In this document: one piece after another, positions 41,960-55,715 of the stretch
How positions within the stretch are numbered: position 1 is the stretch's first letter
Layout of the letters: the number at the start of each line of letters is the position of its first letter
NCBI GenBank assembly: GCA_951406725.2
Contig: OX597830.1
Location: 26,040,001 to 26,104,000 of the forward strand
Reading direction: 5' to 3'
DNA length: 64,000 nucleotides
Origin: Octopus vulgaris
Lineage: Eukaryota
Position numbers and translations under genes: made by a program
Notes under the pieces: model-generated
Told to the model about the DNA's origin: nothing
Databases searched by the model: none
What the model saw: only the letters and a program-made list of their open reading frames with translations

Positions 41960-42860
41960 AGCCTCATACCGGATGCAAGGAAGCTTATGGGGTCATGAGG
42001 AGAGAATGAGCCCTCCCGGTGCTAGATCAACTGGTTAATAGGTTTTGCTCAATATTCTTCTTGCCATTGCTAATCGTCTCTTTTTAACCAAATTTTGTGG
42101 TTTTCCCTCTACACTGCAGTCTGCATATCACTCGTGATGGTATTTGCTTTACGATGGGTTAGACTAAACAACAACACTTGCCTTACGCTGTGTCCAATAA
42201 ATCCTCTACATCCAGCTTCGATTGGAAAATGCCTTGGTTTCCATCCTGTGTCTCCACATTCCTCGACGAGGTTTTTATAACGGTCGATCTTTCGAGTCCG
42301 AGTGCCATCCATGTTATCTTCATGAGGAACCGTTAACTTGACTAGGTTTACTACTTCCTTTATTTCACACATATATGATATCCGGCTTTTCCTCAACTGG
42401 AATTGGGAAGAATCCTTGGCACCCTAGTAAATCGACAGCCACCTCGCAATAGCCGTTCCACTTTTCATCGTTCACAAGAAGATTCTTCTTCAAACCTGCT
42501 GTCCTGAACGTACGAGGGTCATGAAATGTCTGGTTGGTTTCTCCTTCTTTTATGCCACTGTTGACGAGAGCAATTTGGTTCTTTATAGCATTGAAGAGGA
42601 CCTTAAGGACCAGATTGTGTCTATATGCATATCTAACCAATGTCAGTGAACAGCTGGAAAGAATATGTTACAGTGTTCCGACTTTTCCGCATTCCTATTT
42701 ATCGTTCTCCAATACGTTCCGTCTAATTAGGTTTGTAGGCGATGGCAAGGCAACATAGGATAAACGAAGCAGAAAACCCAAACATGACGTACCTCACTTA
42801 CATATTTCATTCCAACATATTTTCTTCTCAATTATCTGTTCCTCCCATATTGGCATGTCT
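41960..42860 (-). mobile_element. HERO-like non-LTR retrotransposon 3' fragment (CCHC plus RLE)
   Basis: HILSSC...YRHNLVLKVL...KPDII...KLTVPHEDN...RKIDRYKNLVEEC...GW...PIEAGCRGF. Frameshifted. The clade call is from motif recall. Confidence 0.75.
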
Positions 42861-44251
42861 TTGTTGAGGATATTGGATCATATGAAGCTATCGTCTCTCT
42901 GTAACACACAGTTACTTATATTGCTGTCTATAGTATCAAGTGTAGCTGCAGCTGAATATACTTCCTGTACACATGTATAAGATATACTTTCGTATCAGTT
43001 TGAACTGATTTTACCTGCTTATACCTCACTGTTTCCTCTTACACATTACATATGTTAACTATTCACCAGCTGAACGAAATATGCTGGAATGTGTTGCTTT
43101 ATAGTTTTAAAATTTTGAAATTTTATCCAGAGTAAACAATTTACTTTCTATTAGGAATTTTAGTACTAAGATATGCATAGATACCCATTATCGGTGGTAT
43201 CTGGTATACCTATTCACAGCCGCTGGCTAGACGGATAAAGGATCGGATTTAAAGATCTACTATTCATGGTAGGTTTAATGTAGATTTAATGTAAAGGAAT
43301 CTCGCAATTAATCCAGCGTTTCATAATAGTGAATCGTTATTAGAATCACAGTAAAATGCTAGCCTTCAACATATCGAGAAGCTTGTAGAAATGTAATTCA
43401 CTATATTGTAGTGCATTCTACTTTTCTGTGATTTGCATTTTTGCATCTATTCTCATTTCTCTGTATGTACAATACATGCATACATACATACATACATACA
43501 TACATACATACATACATACAAACATACATACATACATACATACATACATACATACATACATACATACACGCATACGGAAAAGTAGAGAGATCGTGGGTAA
43601 GTAGAATACGCAATACATACGTACGTATGTATATATGTATGTTTGTTTGTATGTATGTTTATTTGGTTACATGTCTCTCTGTAATAATTTTTAAAATAGA
43701 AGAGACATACAAAGAAACATAAAGACAAACAAACTTACATACTTATGCAGTGGTGCGGCAATAGAGGTCAATATTATAAGTAGCAGGCTTTAAGGTGAGT
43801 GCTGCTGCTGATTATTTAGCATGGCCGCGACTGAAATAAGTAAGATATAAAAAAATAAATCAAGAGAAAGATCAGATCATTCGCAATGAAAAAAAAAACA
43901 AAACATTGTGTACATATTGACATTGATTTATAGAATATTACATCTTTTGTCATCAGCACATGCCATGGCGCTACGTTACAGATAAACGATATTGTTAAAG
44001 TTACATCGTGAAGGTCTCCTTAGGGATAAAACCGGTTGGAAAAGCATCTGTGACAATATTTGTTTTATGCTGTACTTATAAAATATATAAATATATTTAT
44101 TTTTCTCGCTGATTCATATATTTTAATTTTTTCACTATGTATTTGTGTGTGTATATATATATATATATATATGTGTGACCTCGTGTGTACCGTTGGCGAT
44201 TTTTTTTCCCTTCTCTGGATCTTTCCTTCTCTGGATCTTTCCTTCTCCTAT

Positions 44252-44286
44252 GTTTCCGACGAAGAGCTTCGCTCGAAACGTTAAAC
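44252..44286 (+). ncRNA. Minimal type I hammerhead-like motif, variant core CCGACGA
   Basis: gttt CCGACGA a gagc ttc gctc GAAA cg TT aaac, inside a ~220-bp element (44172-44390) flanked by (TA)n. Confidence 0.65.
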
Positions 44287-44479
44287 CCTCCTTCTTTCCT
44301 TCTTTCCTGAGCGTCCAATAATACTATATTTGTTCCACGTCCTCGCGTTGTTGTGTTTTCTTGTGCTTTCTTGTTTGGATATTAACTTTATATATATATA
44401 TATATATATATCTAATGGCGGTGCCCCAGCATGGCCACAGCTCATTGGCTGAAACTGGAAAAATCAAAATCAAAATCAA

Positions 44480-44546
<67 letters not shown>

Positions 44547-44663
44547 GTGTGTGTGTATGTATGTATGTATGTATGTATGTATATATAATTGTTAAAGAGG
44601 ACAACTAAAAGGCAAGACAAACATCTCAAGTTATACACGTTATTGTTATTGAAAAGATTCAAA

Positions 44664-44719
44664 GTCTTACAGCTGTTTCTGGAGTATCCCAGTGAATGGG
44701 ATATTCCGTCATCGGAGAC
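44664..44719 (-). ncRNA. Minimal type I hammerhead (core CCGAUGA)
   Basis: Minus strand reads gtct CCGATGA c ggaatatccca ttcac tgggatactcc a GAAA cagctg TA agac. Long stem II, palindromic stem III. Confidence 0.7.
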
Positions 44720-46225
44720 CAGTAGGGAAAATGACAAGGGTATAGAAGGGTATAGAAATGACGACACAGAGAACAGAAGAAAAGGAATGAAACGAAGAAA
44801 GAGAAGTAAAAAGAAGTATAAAAGTTCATCTCTCTCTCTCTCTCCAACTAACTGTCGTAGAACTGATAGCTGCAACTGTAGATCTGGAACAGACTGCACG
44901 CTGCAAGCCCTTTGCAGAAGATTCAACATCGCATACAAGGTTCATAACATAGTGAATAACAGCATAGTGAAAAACAACATAGTAAATAACAACATAGTAA
45001 ATAACAACATAGTAAATAACAACATAGTAAATAACAACATAGTAAATAACTCCAATAGCTACTACATTGGGTCTACCACAATTTTAAGCTAAGATATTAT
45101 GCACAATTAAACTCGTTTAAATATAAAGAGAATAGCAATTCCACATCACTAGCCAGCCACGCACGCCATCTAATTAATAGAAAAATACAATATAGACTTT
45201 CCTGGGCTATACTAGATTCTGTTATCCCATATCAGGACCAACACTCCACTTGTGGACTCTGCTTAAAAGAAGCCTTCAAAATTTTAGCCCATAACTCACC
45301 ACAATTGCTTAACAAACACAACGAAGCCTTTATAACGTGTAAACACAAATTCTTCCGCACTTTTAAAATCTTCCGTAACTCCAAATGTAAATTCATCCAC
45401 CATGAATAACACTCACATACAAACTTCCATGGTCGTTAACACATACCCCTGTGTAACTCTTCTATCAACTTTACTTCATCACTTTATAAGATAAATGTTA
45501 ATTCTTTAATTTATTTTTAAACCTTAACTTAATATATCCCTTAATATTTAATTCTATTATTCCTAAATAATTTAACATTCACTGGTTTCTTCATTCACGA
45601 CTACCTACACATCCATACCATCATTGCTAAAAATATTTCTACGGCCACTGACCTTAGCCATGAAGCGCACACAAGCACTTACTACTAGATTTCCTCTCCA
45701 GTCCCTACAGACTAGTAGAATACCATTGGCACCTACTATTCTCTTTAAATTCCTTTCATTTTACTATATATATATTTTTACGTTATCTTCCCGTACATCC
45801 TCCTCCTCTCTCCTTATTTACCCTTTTATATTTATTTGTTTATTTATCGTCTTGGTTATTTTTGTACACTATATTATTATATACCTTATTTTATCCTTAA
45901 TGCCAAAGCTTAATTACCTCTCTCACTATCTCTACCTCTCTATTTATTTATTTTTCTTTCTTTTAACATTAGTAACCCATCTCCGCTACCATTCTGTTAT
46001 TGAACGTTGATACGTTCGTGTCTATTTCTGGATATTTATACTATTAAGACTTTAACCTACATGGATTTACACAGGATTGTACCTAAGGACTTAAGGACTT
46101 ATTTCTACATGATCGGAAAGTTGAACTGTGAACTTTTATACATCTTTTTCTTCTCTTTCTTCGTCTCCTTATTCCTTTTCTCCTGTCCTCTGTATTAATC
46201 TATACCCTTCTCATTTTCCCTATTG

Positions 46226-46285
46226 GTTTCTGATGACAGAATATCCCATACTCTAGGATGGATCTCCCAGAAACAGCTGTAAGAG
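46226..46285 (+). ncRNA. Minimal type I hammerhead (core CUGAUGA) in PLE pseudo-LTR
   Basis: gttt CTGATGA cagaatatccca...ggatctccca GAAA cagctg TA aga. Stems are partly eroded. Confidence 0.65.
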
Positions 46286-46725
46286 TTAGAATTTTTCCAA
46301 TAATAATAACGCATATGACTTGAGATGTTTGTCTTGCCTTAACGTTTCGTATTCTCTTGAACAGTTATATATTCGCTATATCCGAAATCTACAATGGCTC
46401 CATAACTACGATCTCGGCTATAACCTTGGGGCACTAGCAAAGCGAGAGTAGAAAAAATTGCTTAAGATTCAGCTCTGTCGAATAGAACAGGCCATCCCGT
46501 AGCTACAAGATGTACACTTTCACATTATACTTACATTATTGCATACATATATGCATAAATAGAAACGTATGTACATGCACACGTACGTACACATATATAT
46601 GTATGTGTGTACATGAATGTATATATAGATATATTTTTGTCATTGAATATATATTGAATACAAATGTAATTACGCTACGTTCATATTCATATATGTACGT
46701 ATGCATATGTTTGTATGTGTGAGTT

Positions 46726-46766
<41 letters not shown>

Positions 46767-47455
46767 ATTTGTGTGCATAGGTCTAAATTTATCAATATAT
46801 TCCTGTGTATGTACAATACATATGTTATCCCCATCAAAGCCAGTTAATATTGCTTTCAAATTATGACATAAGGCCAGCACGGTTGAGGTGGGGCTATGTC
46901 GCTTATATCGACCTCAGTGCTCAACTGATGTGTACTTTATCGACCTCGAAGGGATGGAAGGTAAGAAGGTAAAGTCGACTGCTACTGAATTTAAACTTAG
47001 AACTCATTATACCCGGCGTGATAACGATTCTGCCAGCTACCCGCCTTAAGACTTGTTAATATTAACCATCTGACCAAGCGAAATGCTTAGCAATATGTCG
47101 TCCGCATTTATGTCCCTAGTTCAAATTCCGCCGACTTTGCCTATTGTCTCCTTCGGGATCAGTAAAATAAGTACCACGTTCTAAGTTCAAATTTCGTCGA
47201 GGTCTACTTTGCCTTTCATCCTTTCGGGGTCGATAAATTATGTGCTAGTTACGCACTGGGGTCGATGTAATCGACTTAATCCGTTTGGCTGTCCTTGTTT
47301 GTCCCCTCTATGTTTGGCCCATTGTGGGCAATAAAAAAATAAGAAAATACAACTCTTTTTCCTCTATATGTTTTTCTCTCTATTTTTGTATGTGCCAACG
47401 CATGAAACTCTCGCGCCTTGAGTCACACTATTACTGCTGCTATTAATATTAATAA

Positions 47456-47689
<234 letters not shown>

Positions 47690-48019
47690 TGATTGTCATC
47701 ATTTTGAAAATTTTAATTGTCAATTAAAATTTTTGAAATGAAATTCGAAAATAAAAATAGTTTTCCCCGTGTTGGCGCGATCATGAGCATGTGGTTAAAA
47801 TGCTCACTTTGAAACCATGTGGTTTTCTGTTCAGATCCACTGCATAGCACCTTAGGCATGCTTATATACCTTGCGGGTGAATTTAGCTGACAGGAACTGT
47901 GTAGAAGCCCTTGTACTGTGTTGAACGAAATAATCGCAGAGAACGCACATTGAAAGTTTGTTCATATAAAACGACACTATGAAAATATAGTTCTTAAATC
48001 TCATAGGAAAAAGCCAGTG

Positions 48020-48092
48020 TGTACGTTAGTGTAAATGGTAGCACACTTGTCATGAAACCATAGAGATATGGTTTCGAATCCCATGCGTACGG
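48020..48092 (+). pseudogene. tRNA-like sequence (pseudogene or SINE head)
   Basis: Acceptor stem tgtacgt/gcgtacg, D arm gtgt-aaatggta-gcac, T arm atggt-ttcgaat-cccat. The anticodon arm is imperfect. Confidence 0.45.
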
Positions 48093-48364
48093 CAAATCCT
48101 TTCTTTCTGTCGAGGGCTTATATACCCCAATGCTTTAAGCTTATAAACATGTGTGTGTATGAGGGTGATGAAAAGTTGTTGGCTTTCGGTAAGAGAAAAT
48201 GTAGGAGAATCAGTTAATCATGATTTTATTCAACATACCTAGGTATACCCCTCTCAGATTCATACAAGGCTCACAGAAACGTTTTCTGAGCCTTGTAAAA
48301 GACCTTAGCAAAAGGTTTGGTCTCTTTCGCGATATCCTTAAAGGCAGGATCTTTTCAGCATCCC

Positions 48365-48434
<70 letters not shown>

Positions 48435-48436
<2 letters not shown>

Positions 48437-48762
48437 ATGGCTCAGTGGTTAGAGCGTCGAGCTTACGATCGGGAGGTTGTGATCTCGAATCCCGGACCGG
48501 GCTGCGTGTTGTGTTCTTGAGCAAGACACTTTATTTCACGTTGCTCCAGTTCACTCAGCTGTGGAAATGAGTTGCGACGTCACGAGTTCCAAGCTGTATC
48601 AGCCTTTGCCTTTCCCTTGGATAACACTGGTGGCGTGGAGAGGGGAGGCCGGTATGCATGGGCGACTGCTGGTCTTCCATAAACAACCATGCCCAGACTT
48701 GTGACTAGGAGGGTAACTTTCTAGGTGCAATCCCATGGTCAGTGTCGTGACCGAAGGAGGTC
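48435..48762 (+). mobile_element. tRNA-derived SINE family C variant
   Basis: tggctcagtggttagagcg head and cttgagcaagacactttatttcacgttgctccag core. Its different 3' tail is shared with 14050-14192 (-) and 63217-63485 (+). Confidence 0.85.
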
Positions 48763-48766
48763 ACAC

Positions 48767-48797
<31 letters not shown>

Positions 48798-48798
48798 T

Positions 48799-49259
48799 CT
48801 TGTTTTAGTCACTTGACTGCGGCCATGCTGGAGCACCGCCTTTAGCCGAGCAAATTGACCTTAAGACTTATTCTTTGTAAGCCTAGTACTTATAATATCG
48901 TTCTCTTTTGCCGAACGGCTAAGTTACCAGGATGTAAACACACCACCATCGGTTGCCAAGCGATGGTGGGGGGACAAACACAGACACACAAACATACACA
49001 CATACATACATACATACATACATACATACATACATACATACATACATACATACATACATACATACATACATACATACGTACATACATACATATATACGAC
49101 GGGCTTCTTTCACTTTTCGTCTACCAAATCCACTCACGAGGCTTTGGTCGGCCCGAGACTATAGCAAAAGGCACTTGCCCAAGGTGCCACGCAGTGGAAC
49201 TGAACCCGGAACCAAGTAGTTGGTAAGCAAGCTACTTACCACATAGCCACTCCTGCGCC
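48799..49259 (-). mobile_element. tRNA-derived SINE family A, full length
   Basis: Reverse copy with an internal (ACAT)n tract. Confidence 0.9.
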
Positions 49260-49410
49260 TATATATATATATATATACACTCACACACACACACATACAT
49301 TCGTGTCCTTAGAACATGATTAACACTATCTTAGTAAAACCTCAATTGTCGTTCACGACAAGAGAATCCATCATACGTATATATATACGTCTGCGTGTGC
49401 GTGTGTGTGT

Positions 49411-49441
<31 letters not shown>

Positions 49442-49817
49442 CGTGTGTGTGTGTTTGTGTGTGTATTATATATACATACATATATGTATATCCGTATGTA
49501 TGAGCGCGTACGTGTGCTTGCGTGTTTTTGTGTTTGTGTATGTTATCACCCCCACTTCTTGCCGACCGGCCTGTGTTTGTTTATTTCCCTCTAACTTAGC
49601 GGATCGGCAAAAAGACACCTGTAGAGTAGTTGTCAAGAAAAGCACTGGTGTAGGTATGTACGAGTAAACCTTTCAATGTGGCGCTCCAGCGTGGCTCTGT
49701 GGTAAGAAGCTTGCTTTCCAACCACATTGTTCCGGTTTCAGTGTGGCTACGTGGTACCTTGGGCCGACCAAATCCTTATGAGAGGATTAGGTAGATGGAA
49801 ACTGAAAGAAGCCTATC

Positions 49818-49953
<136 letters not shown>

Positions 49954-51695
49954 GTGGCTTTGTGTCTGTATTTGGTCCCTACCGCCACTTGACAGCCTGT
50001 GTTGGTTGTTTTACGTCCCCGTAACATAGTGCATCGGCAAAAAGAGTCCAGGCTTAAAAATAAATGTTGGAGTCGATTTGCTCAACTTAAATTCTTCAAG
50101 GTGGTGCTCCAGCATGGTCGCAGTCTAATGACTGAAATAAATAGGATTACATGAAATGTTATAAAATCCATAGAAATGTTTTAGAAGTTCGCTTGCAATG
50201 AAGATTGAAGTAAGCGTATTTATTTCAGCGAAACACCATACGACGGCGCGGCCTACTTCCACCTCTCTCACTCTGTTTCTCTCCCTCTCTCTCTCTCTAC
50301 TTCTCTCTCTCTCTCTCTCTCTCTCTTGTTCTCTATTTCTTCCTCTCAAATGTACAAAGTCCCGAATCAAGAAATCAAATTTATAGTACTTTTCTGTAAT
50401 GGTCTTACTATTGTTGACATCACCATATTCTTTCGACTCATCTACTCACTTACGCAGAGTTAGATCCTTAAATCATTTTTCTAGAGTTCTTGGCACAAAA
50501 TTTAAACACTCCCTAGTAAACGAGCCAAACTAGGGATCCTCTACGTGATCATTTATTTTTTTGTTAGATATAGTAAGCAATTTATTTTCAAATTTCACCC
50601 AACAATCTTAAGTATATTTATTACAAACAACATTGGAAGAGAGAGGCACTGAACTTATACTTGCTTGTTCATCCTGTTAGACATAGACACCATATCAAAT
50701 TGAAATCTTAACCCTACTGCTATGAAAATGAAATGGTTGTTGTCGATAATGTAAGTGTGGATAAAATAACAGCAAAGTTATTTATGTGACTTGAAATTAG
50801 AGCTGAAATTTGACGCGAACTTTTTCAGTCACAAGCATTCTTATTTCGACATAGTGATTTTTTTAAAAACACACATACGAGACTGCAAAAAACTCTTTTT
50901 GATTGAGAATAAATATGAATTATATCAACCTAAATACATGGCAGATAATTAAAATCAAGTACAAATTCAAATATGGCGGGGTTTGAACTCAAAATATAAG
51001 GGGAAGTAACTAAACACTACAAGGCAATGTCGTCCGACAATATTTCCGCCTCCGTTGAATCCATCGCTCGTGTTACATCAATATTCTTATGAATACTAAT
51101 AATTCTTTCTAATTTTGGAACAAGTTCAGCAATTTTGAAGACAGAAGGGCAAGTCGATTACACCGCTCCAGTTCCTGACGTGTACTTATTTTATCGATCG
51201 ATACCTAAAGGATAAAAAGCAAAGTTGACCACAGCGGAATTCGAATACAGAAACTAATGAACCAGAAACACTTCAGCAAAGCATTCTCTCCTAGGCACTA
51301 AAGGTTCAACCAAATCACCGCCTACACGACAACGGCGACGACGACGACGACAACGATGACATATGGTTATGATAAACGAGCCTGGTGTGCCCTTATCAGA
51401 CAAGTAGTATACTGGGTTTCGTATATTTTACCCCAGTGTGACTTTGATGGCATGCATTGCTCTCTCACTGAATAATGGTAAGAATATTGAGAAGTACATA
51501 GAACAAATAGGGGCTACAATAAGGCTGGAGCACTTGCAGAAAACAGCACTGCTTGGAACCGCTCGAATACTCTGGAAGGTGCTCGAAAAATAAGAGGGGC
51601 TACCTTAGTTCACTGATAGTGAACAGCTGACACCATAGTACATGTCCAGCGTTAGAAGCTCTGCAAAAGCAATGATAATAATAATAAGTTTGGAC

Positions 51696-52020
51696 AGGCG
51701 CAGGAGTGGCTGTGTAGTAAGTAGCTTGCTTACCAACCACATGGTTCCGGGTTCTTGGTACAAAATTTAAACACTCCCTAGTAAACAAGCCAAACTAGGG
51801 ATCCTCTACGTGTGTGTGTGTGTCTGTTTGTCTCCGCAACATCGCTTGACAACCGATACTGGTGTGTTTACGTCCCCATAACTTAGCGGTTCGGCAAAAG
51901 AAACCGATAGAATAAGTACTAGGCTTACAAAGAATACGTCCAGGGGTCGATTTCCTCGACTAAATGCGGTGCTCCAGCATGGCCGCAGTCAAATGACTCA
52001 AACAAGTAAAAGAATAAAAG
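51696..52020 (+). mobile_element. SINE family A with its middle replaced by a 62-bp templated insertion
   Basis: Head to 51754, then 51751-51812 equals 50486-50547, then the normal 3' half. Confidence 0.85.
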
Positions 52021-52140
52021 AATAAGAGAATAAGAGAATAATAATAATAATAACAACAACAACAACAACAACAATAATAATAATAACAATAATAATAATA
52101 ACAACAACAACAATAATAATAATAATAAGAAGAAGAAGAA

Positions 52141-52171
<31 letters not shown>

Positions 52172-52202
52172 AAGAAGAAGAAGAAGAAGAAGAAGAAGAA
52201 GA

Positions 52203-54577
52203 AGATCCCCAACTTCTGGTTGAAATATCTAACAGGAATGCACAAAAAGCTGGCTGAAAATTTTAACAACATACTAGCAGAGCCAGAGACAATGCCTGAA
52301 TGGCTCACGAAGGGGAAAACCATCTTAATTCGCAAATCAAATGAGACAGCAAAACCAGAAAGCTACAGACAAATAGCCTGCCTCCCTACGATGTACAAGG
52401 CATTTACTGCAGTGATATCGCAAAGGTTGAACAAGCACCTGGACGAAAACAACCTGTTTCCAGAAGAGCAGAAAGGATGCCGCAAAGGCTCATACGGCTG
52501 TAAAGATCAACTAATGATCAATAATGCCATAACTGAAGACAGCCACAGAAAGAAGAAAGACCTCAGTATGGCCTGGATTGATTACAAAAAGGCGTTTGAT
52601 AGCATCCCCCACACATGGATCCTCGAAACACTAGCCATTAACAAAGTAGCACCAACAATTATAAAATTCATTGGGCACTCTATGAATAAATGGCAAACAG
52701 TGCTACAGCTCCAAACAAAAGAGGGACTCATGAAAACCAAAGCCATCCCCATTAGAAGAGGAATATTCCAGGGAGATACGCTCTCTCCACTCCTTTTCTG
52801 CTTGGCACTGTCACCTCTATCTGATATGCTAAATAGAACTGGATGCGGATATAAATGTTACGGCAAAACGATCAGCCACCTCTTATATATGGATGACCTA
52901 AAACTATACGCTGCAAATGACAAACAGCTGGAAACACTATTAAAGACAGTTCATGGATTTACCAAAGAAATAGATATGAAATTTGGATTAGAAAAATGCG
53001 CCAAAGTAACCCAGAAAACAGGAAAACTAGTTAAGAGTAGCAACATCACACTAGATAAAACCAATGAAATAAAAGAATTAGACCAAAGCCAAGCTTACAA
53101 ATACTTAGGAATCCATGAACTAGATAAGACACAACACACACAAATGAAAGAGAAAATAAAAAAGAATATTATAGACGAGTTAGATCAATACTAAAAACAG
53201 AGCTCAATGCTAAAAACAAGATAATAGGTATTAACACTTTAGCTGTCCCAGTTATAAGTTACAGCTACAATATCCTTAACTGGACACTAAATGAACTGAC
53301 CAAAATAGATAGGAAAACAAGAAAGATAATGACAGGATCTAGGATGCATCACCCAAAATCTGACGTAGAAAGACTATATATACAACGTATAGAAGGTGGT
53401 AGAGGCCTTATACAGCTGGAAAACTACTATAAAACAACCACCATAGGACTGCAAAAATATCTGCTTCAGAAGGAAGGAAAACTGATACAAATAGCGGCAA
53501 AACACGAGCAAAACAAAAAACTGTTCTCAGTATTTAAGGAAGCTGACAAATACAAACAAGAAATCATACCACCTAACAAATATAAACAAGAAGAAGAAGA
53601 AGAAGAAGAAGAAGAAGAAGAAGAAGAAGAAGAAGAAGATGAAGAAACAACAAAAGCTATAAAACAAATGAAATCCAAACTAAAACTAGAACAGCAAAGA
53701 ACCATGATAAAACGATGGCAAGAAAAACCCCTTCATGGTAAATACTGGACTAAACTAAATGCAAAAGAAATAAATAAATAAAAATCCCAGCAATGGTTGA
53801 GAAGCTCAGGACTCAAAGCAGAGACAGAGGGATTTTTAATTGCAGCATAAGACCAGAGCCTCCCCACCAGAAATTACCAAAAACATGTAATGAAAAGAAA
53901 TATAACAAGTAACTGCAGAATATGTGGAGATGGACAAGAAACAATAAATCATATTATCTCTGGCTGCCCTAGTCCTGGCTAAGAAGGAATATATTCACAG
54001 ACATGACAGAGTTGGAACCTACATACACTGGAAGCTATGCCAAAATTATGGAATAACAACAGAAAAAAGATGGTATAGGCACACACCAGAAAAGGTCACA
54101 GAAAACGAGAAAGCAACCATACTCTGGGATATACCGATACACACAGATAGAGAAATTAAGGCCAACAGACCAGATATAGTTGTCAGAGATCATGAAGAAA
54201 AAAATGCTTTATAATTGATGTATCAATACCGGCAGGTGACAACGTGTCTCTAAAAGAAATGGAGAAACTTTCAAAATACAAAGACCTGGAAATAGAGGTA
54301 ACCAGAATGTGGAATCTAAAAACAGAAACAATTCCTATCATAGTAGGTGCATTAGGCATGATAAAAAATATTCAGACAAATACATAACAAAAACACCAGG
54401 ACTTACAAACACATATAACATACAGAAAATTGCACTACTAGGCACTGCACACGTCCTACGCAGAACACTTTCTATACAATAACCATCAGAGCATCACAAC
54501 AAATCACAGCACATACCCAAGGCACACAGAGCTGCGCTCGGTAGTGAAGTGAAAGCACGCTATAAAAAATAAAACTA

Positions 54578-54580
<3 letters not shown>
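52203..54580 (+). mobile_element. R4/Dong-like non-LTR retrotransposon, 5'-truncated (RT plus CCHC plus RLE), frameshifted
   Basis: RT motifs EQKGCRKGS, WIDYKKAFDSIPH, GIFQGDTLSPLLF, SHLLYMDDLKLY, YKYLGI. Then CRICGDGQETINHIISGC, RHD and RPDIV. Flanked by (GAA)n and (TAA)n. Confidence 0.95.
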
Positions 54581-54650
<70 letters not shown>

Positions 54651-54652
<2 letters not shown>

Positions 54653-54876
54653 CTCAATTTATTTCATTTTGATAATATTTAAGGATTGACGTAACTCCTC
54701 CCGAAGGTAAAAGAACGACAATAAGAGTGCGAGTGTTACCGAATGAACAATATTTACCTTCGGGAGGAGTAACGTCAATCCTTTAAATATTACCAAAATT
54801 AGATTGAGATGATAGTTTTGAACTCGTGGAAAGCACACGAAGGGTCGATAACAGACGCACTCTTCTTATTGTTTCT

Positions 54877-54878
<2 letters not shown>
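54651..54878. repeat. Nested inverted-repeat element, copy 1
   Basis: 45-bp arms 54667-54711 / 54753-54798. The spacer is the reverse complement of the 3' tail. Duplicated at 55474-55717. Confidence 0.85.
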
Positions 54879-54927
<49 letters not shown>

Positions 54928-54928
54928 T

Positions 54929-55442
54929 ATCTTAACTGATTGGAAGTGTTATCATGTACATTGTTTTGTCTTGGTATAAAAGATGGGCGACAGCAAATAT
55001 TCTGCTCAATACCACAGATTTGCTTGTCAGTTGTTTGACCTTAACCGGTTGAGCATGTCCCTTAGTGGCTGACGATATGTGCATCTCTGATCACGAGCAG
55101 AAGTAGTGGGGGAGCATCATAGCCATGTGTTGAGAGGGATTCTTTGGGGTTTGAATAATTCACCTCTGGAAACATGGGTGGTTCTTTCAACATCCTTAAA
55201 CAACCCTTATTCAGGAACCTTTTGAGCGGGATGGGTTACTCGACCAGAAGAAAATTCTAACTGGGCCCCACCTGCAAGGTCATGTGCTGTTTATCTTGAT
55301 ATGAGATCACCATGTCGCGCACATATGGTTGTGATGCATGTGCCTGGTGTACCCTTATCAGACGGGTAGTCATGATGGGTATATTGGGCTTCGTATATTT
55401 TACCCCAGTGTCACTTTGATGGCATGCACTGCTCTCTCACTC
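54929..55442 (+). mobile_element. Non-coding (TAA)n-associated retroposon
   Basis: Near-identical to 32468-32981. Confidence 0.85.
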
Positions 55443-55473
55443 AATAATAATAATATAAATAATAATAATAATA

Positions 55474-55715
55474 ATCTCAATTTATTTCATTTTGATAATA
55501 TTTAAGGATTGACGTAACTCCTCCCGAAGGTAAAAGAACGACAATAAGAGTGCGATTGTTACCGAATGAACAATATTTACCTTCGGGAGGAGTAACGTCA
55601 ATCCTTTAAATATTACCAAAATTAGATTGAGATGATAGTTTTGAACTCGTGGAAAGCACACGAAGGGTCGAAATATTATTCATTCGATAACAGTCGTACT
55701 CTTCTTGTTGTTTCT

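Larger units (their letters stand above)
44581..46371 (+). mobile_element. Penelope-like element: GIY-YIG endonuclease 3' part with 5' inverted pseudo-LTR
   Basis: CNCRSGTDCTLQALC..NIAYKV...YYIGST, then after a frameshift RYYAQLNSFKYKENSNSTSLASH...WAILD...CGLCLKEAFKIL...LLNK...CKHK. 44581-~44820 is an inverted copy of ~46135-46371. Confidence 0.9.

Noticed and set aside
44589-44845. N-terminal part of the 167-aa ORF as real protein
   Set aside because: It is read-through of the inverted pseudo-LTR. Only the part from ~44850 is GIY-YIG-derived.
46390-46450. HDV-like ribozyme
   Set aside because: The nested double pseudoknot (P1, P1.1, P2, P3) could not be assembled by eye.
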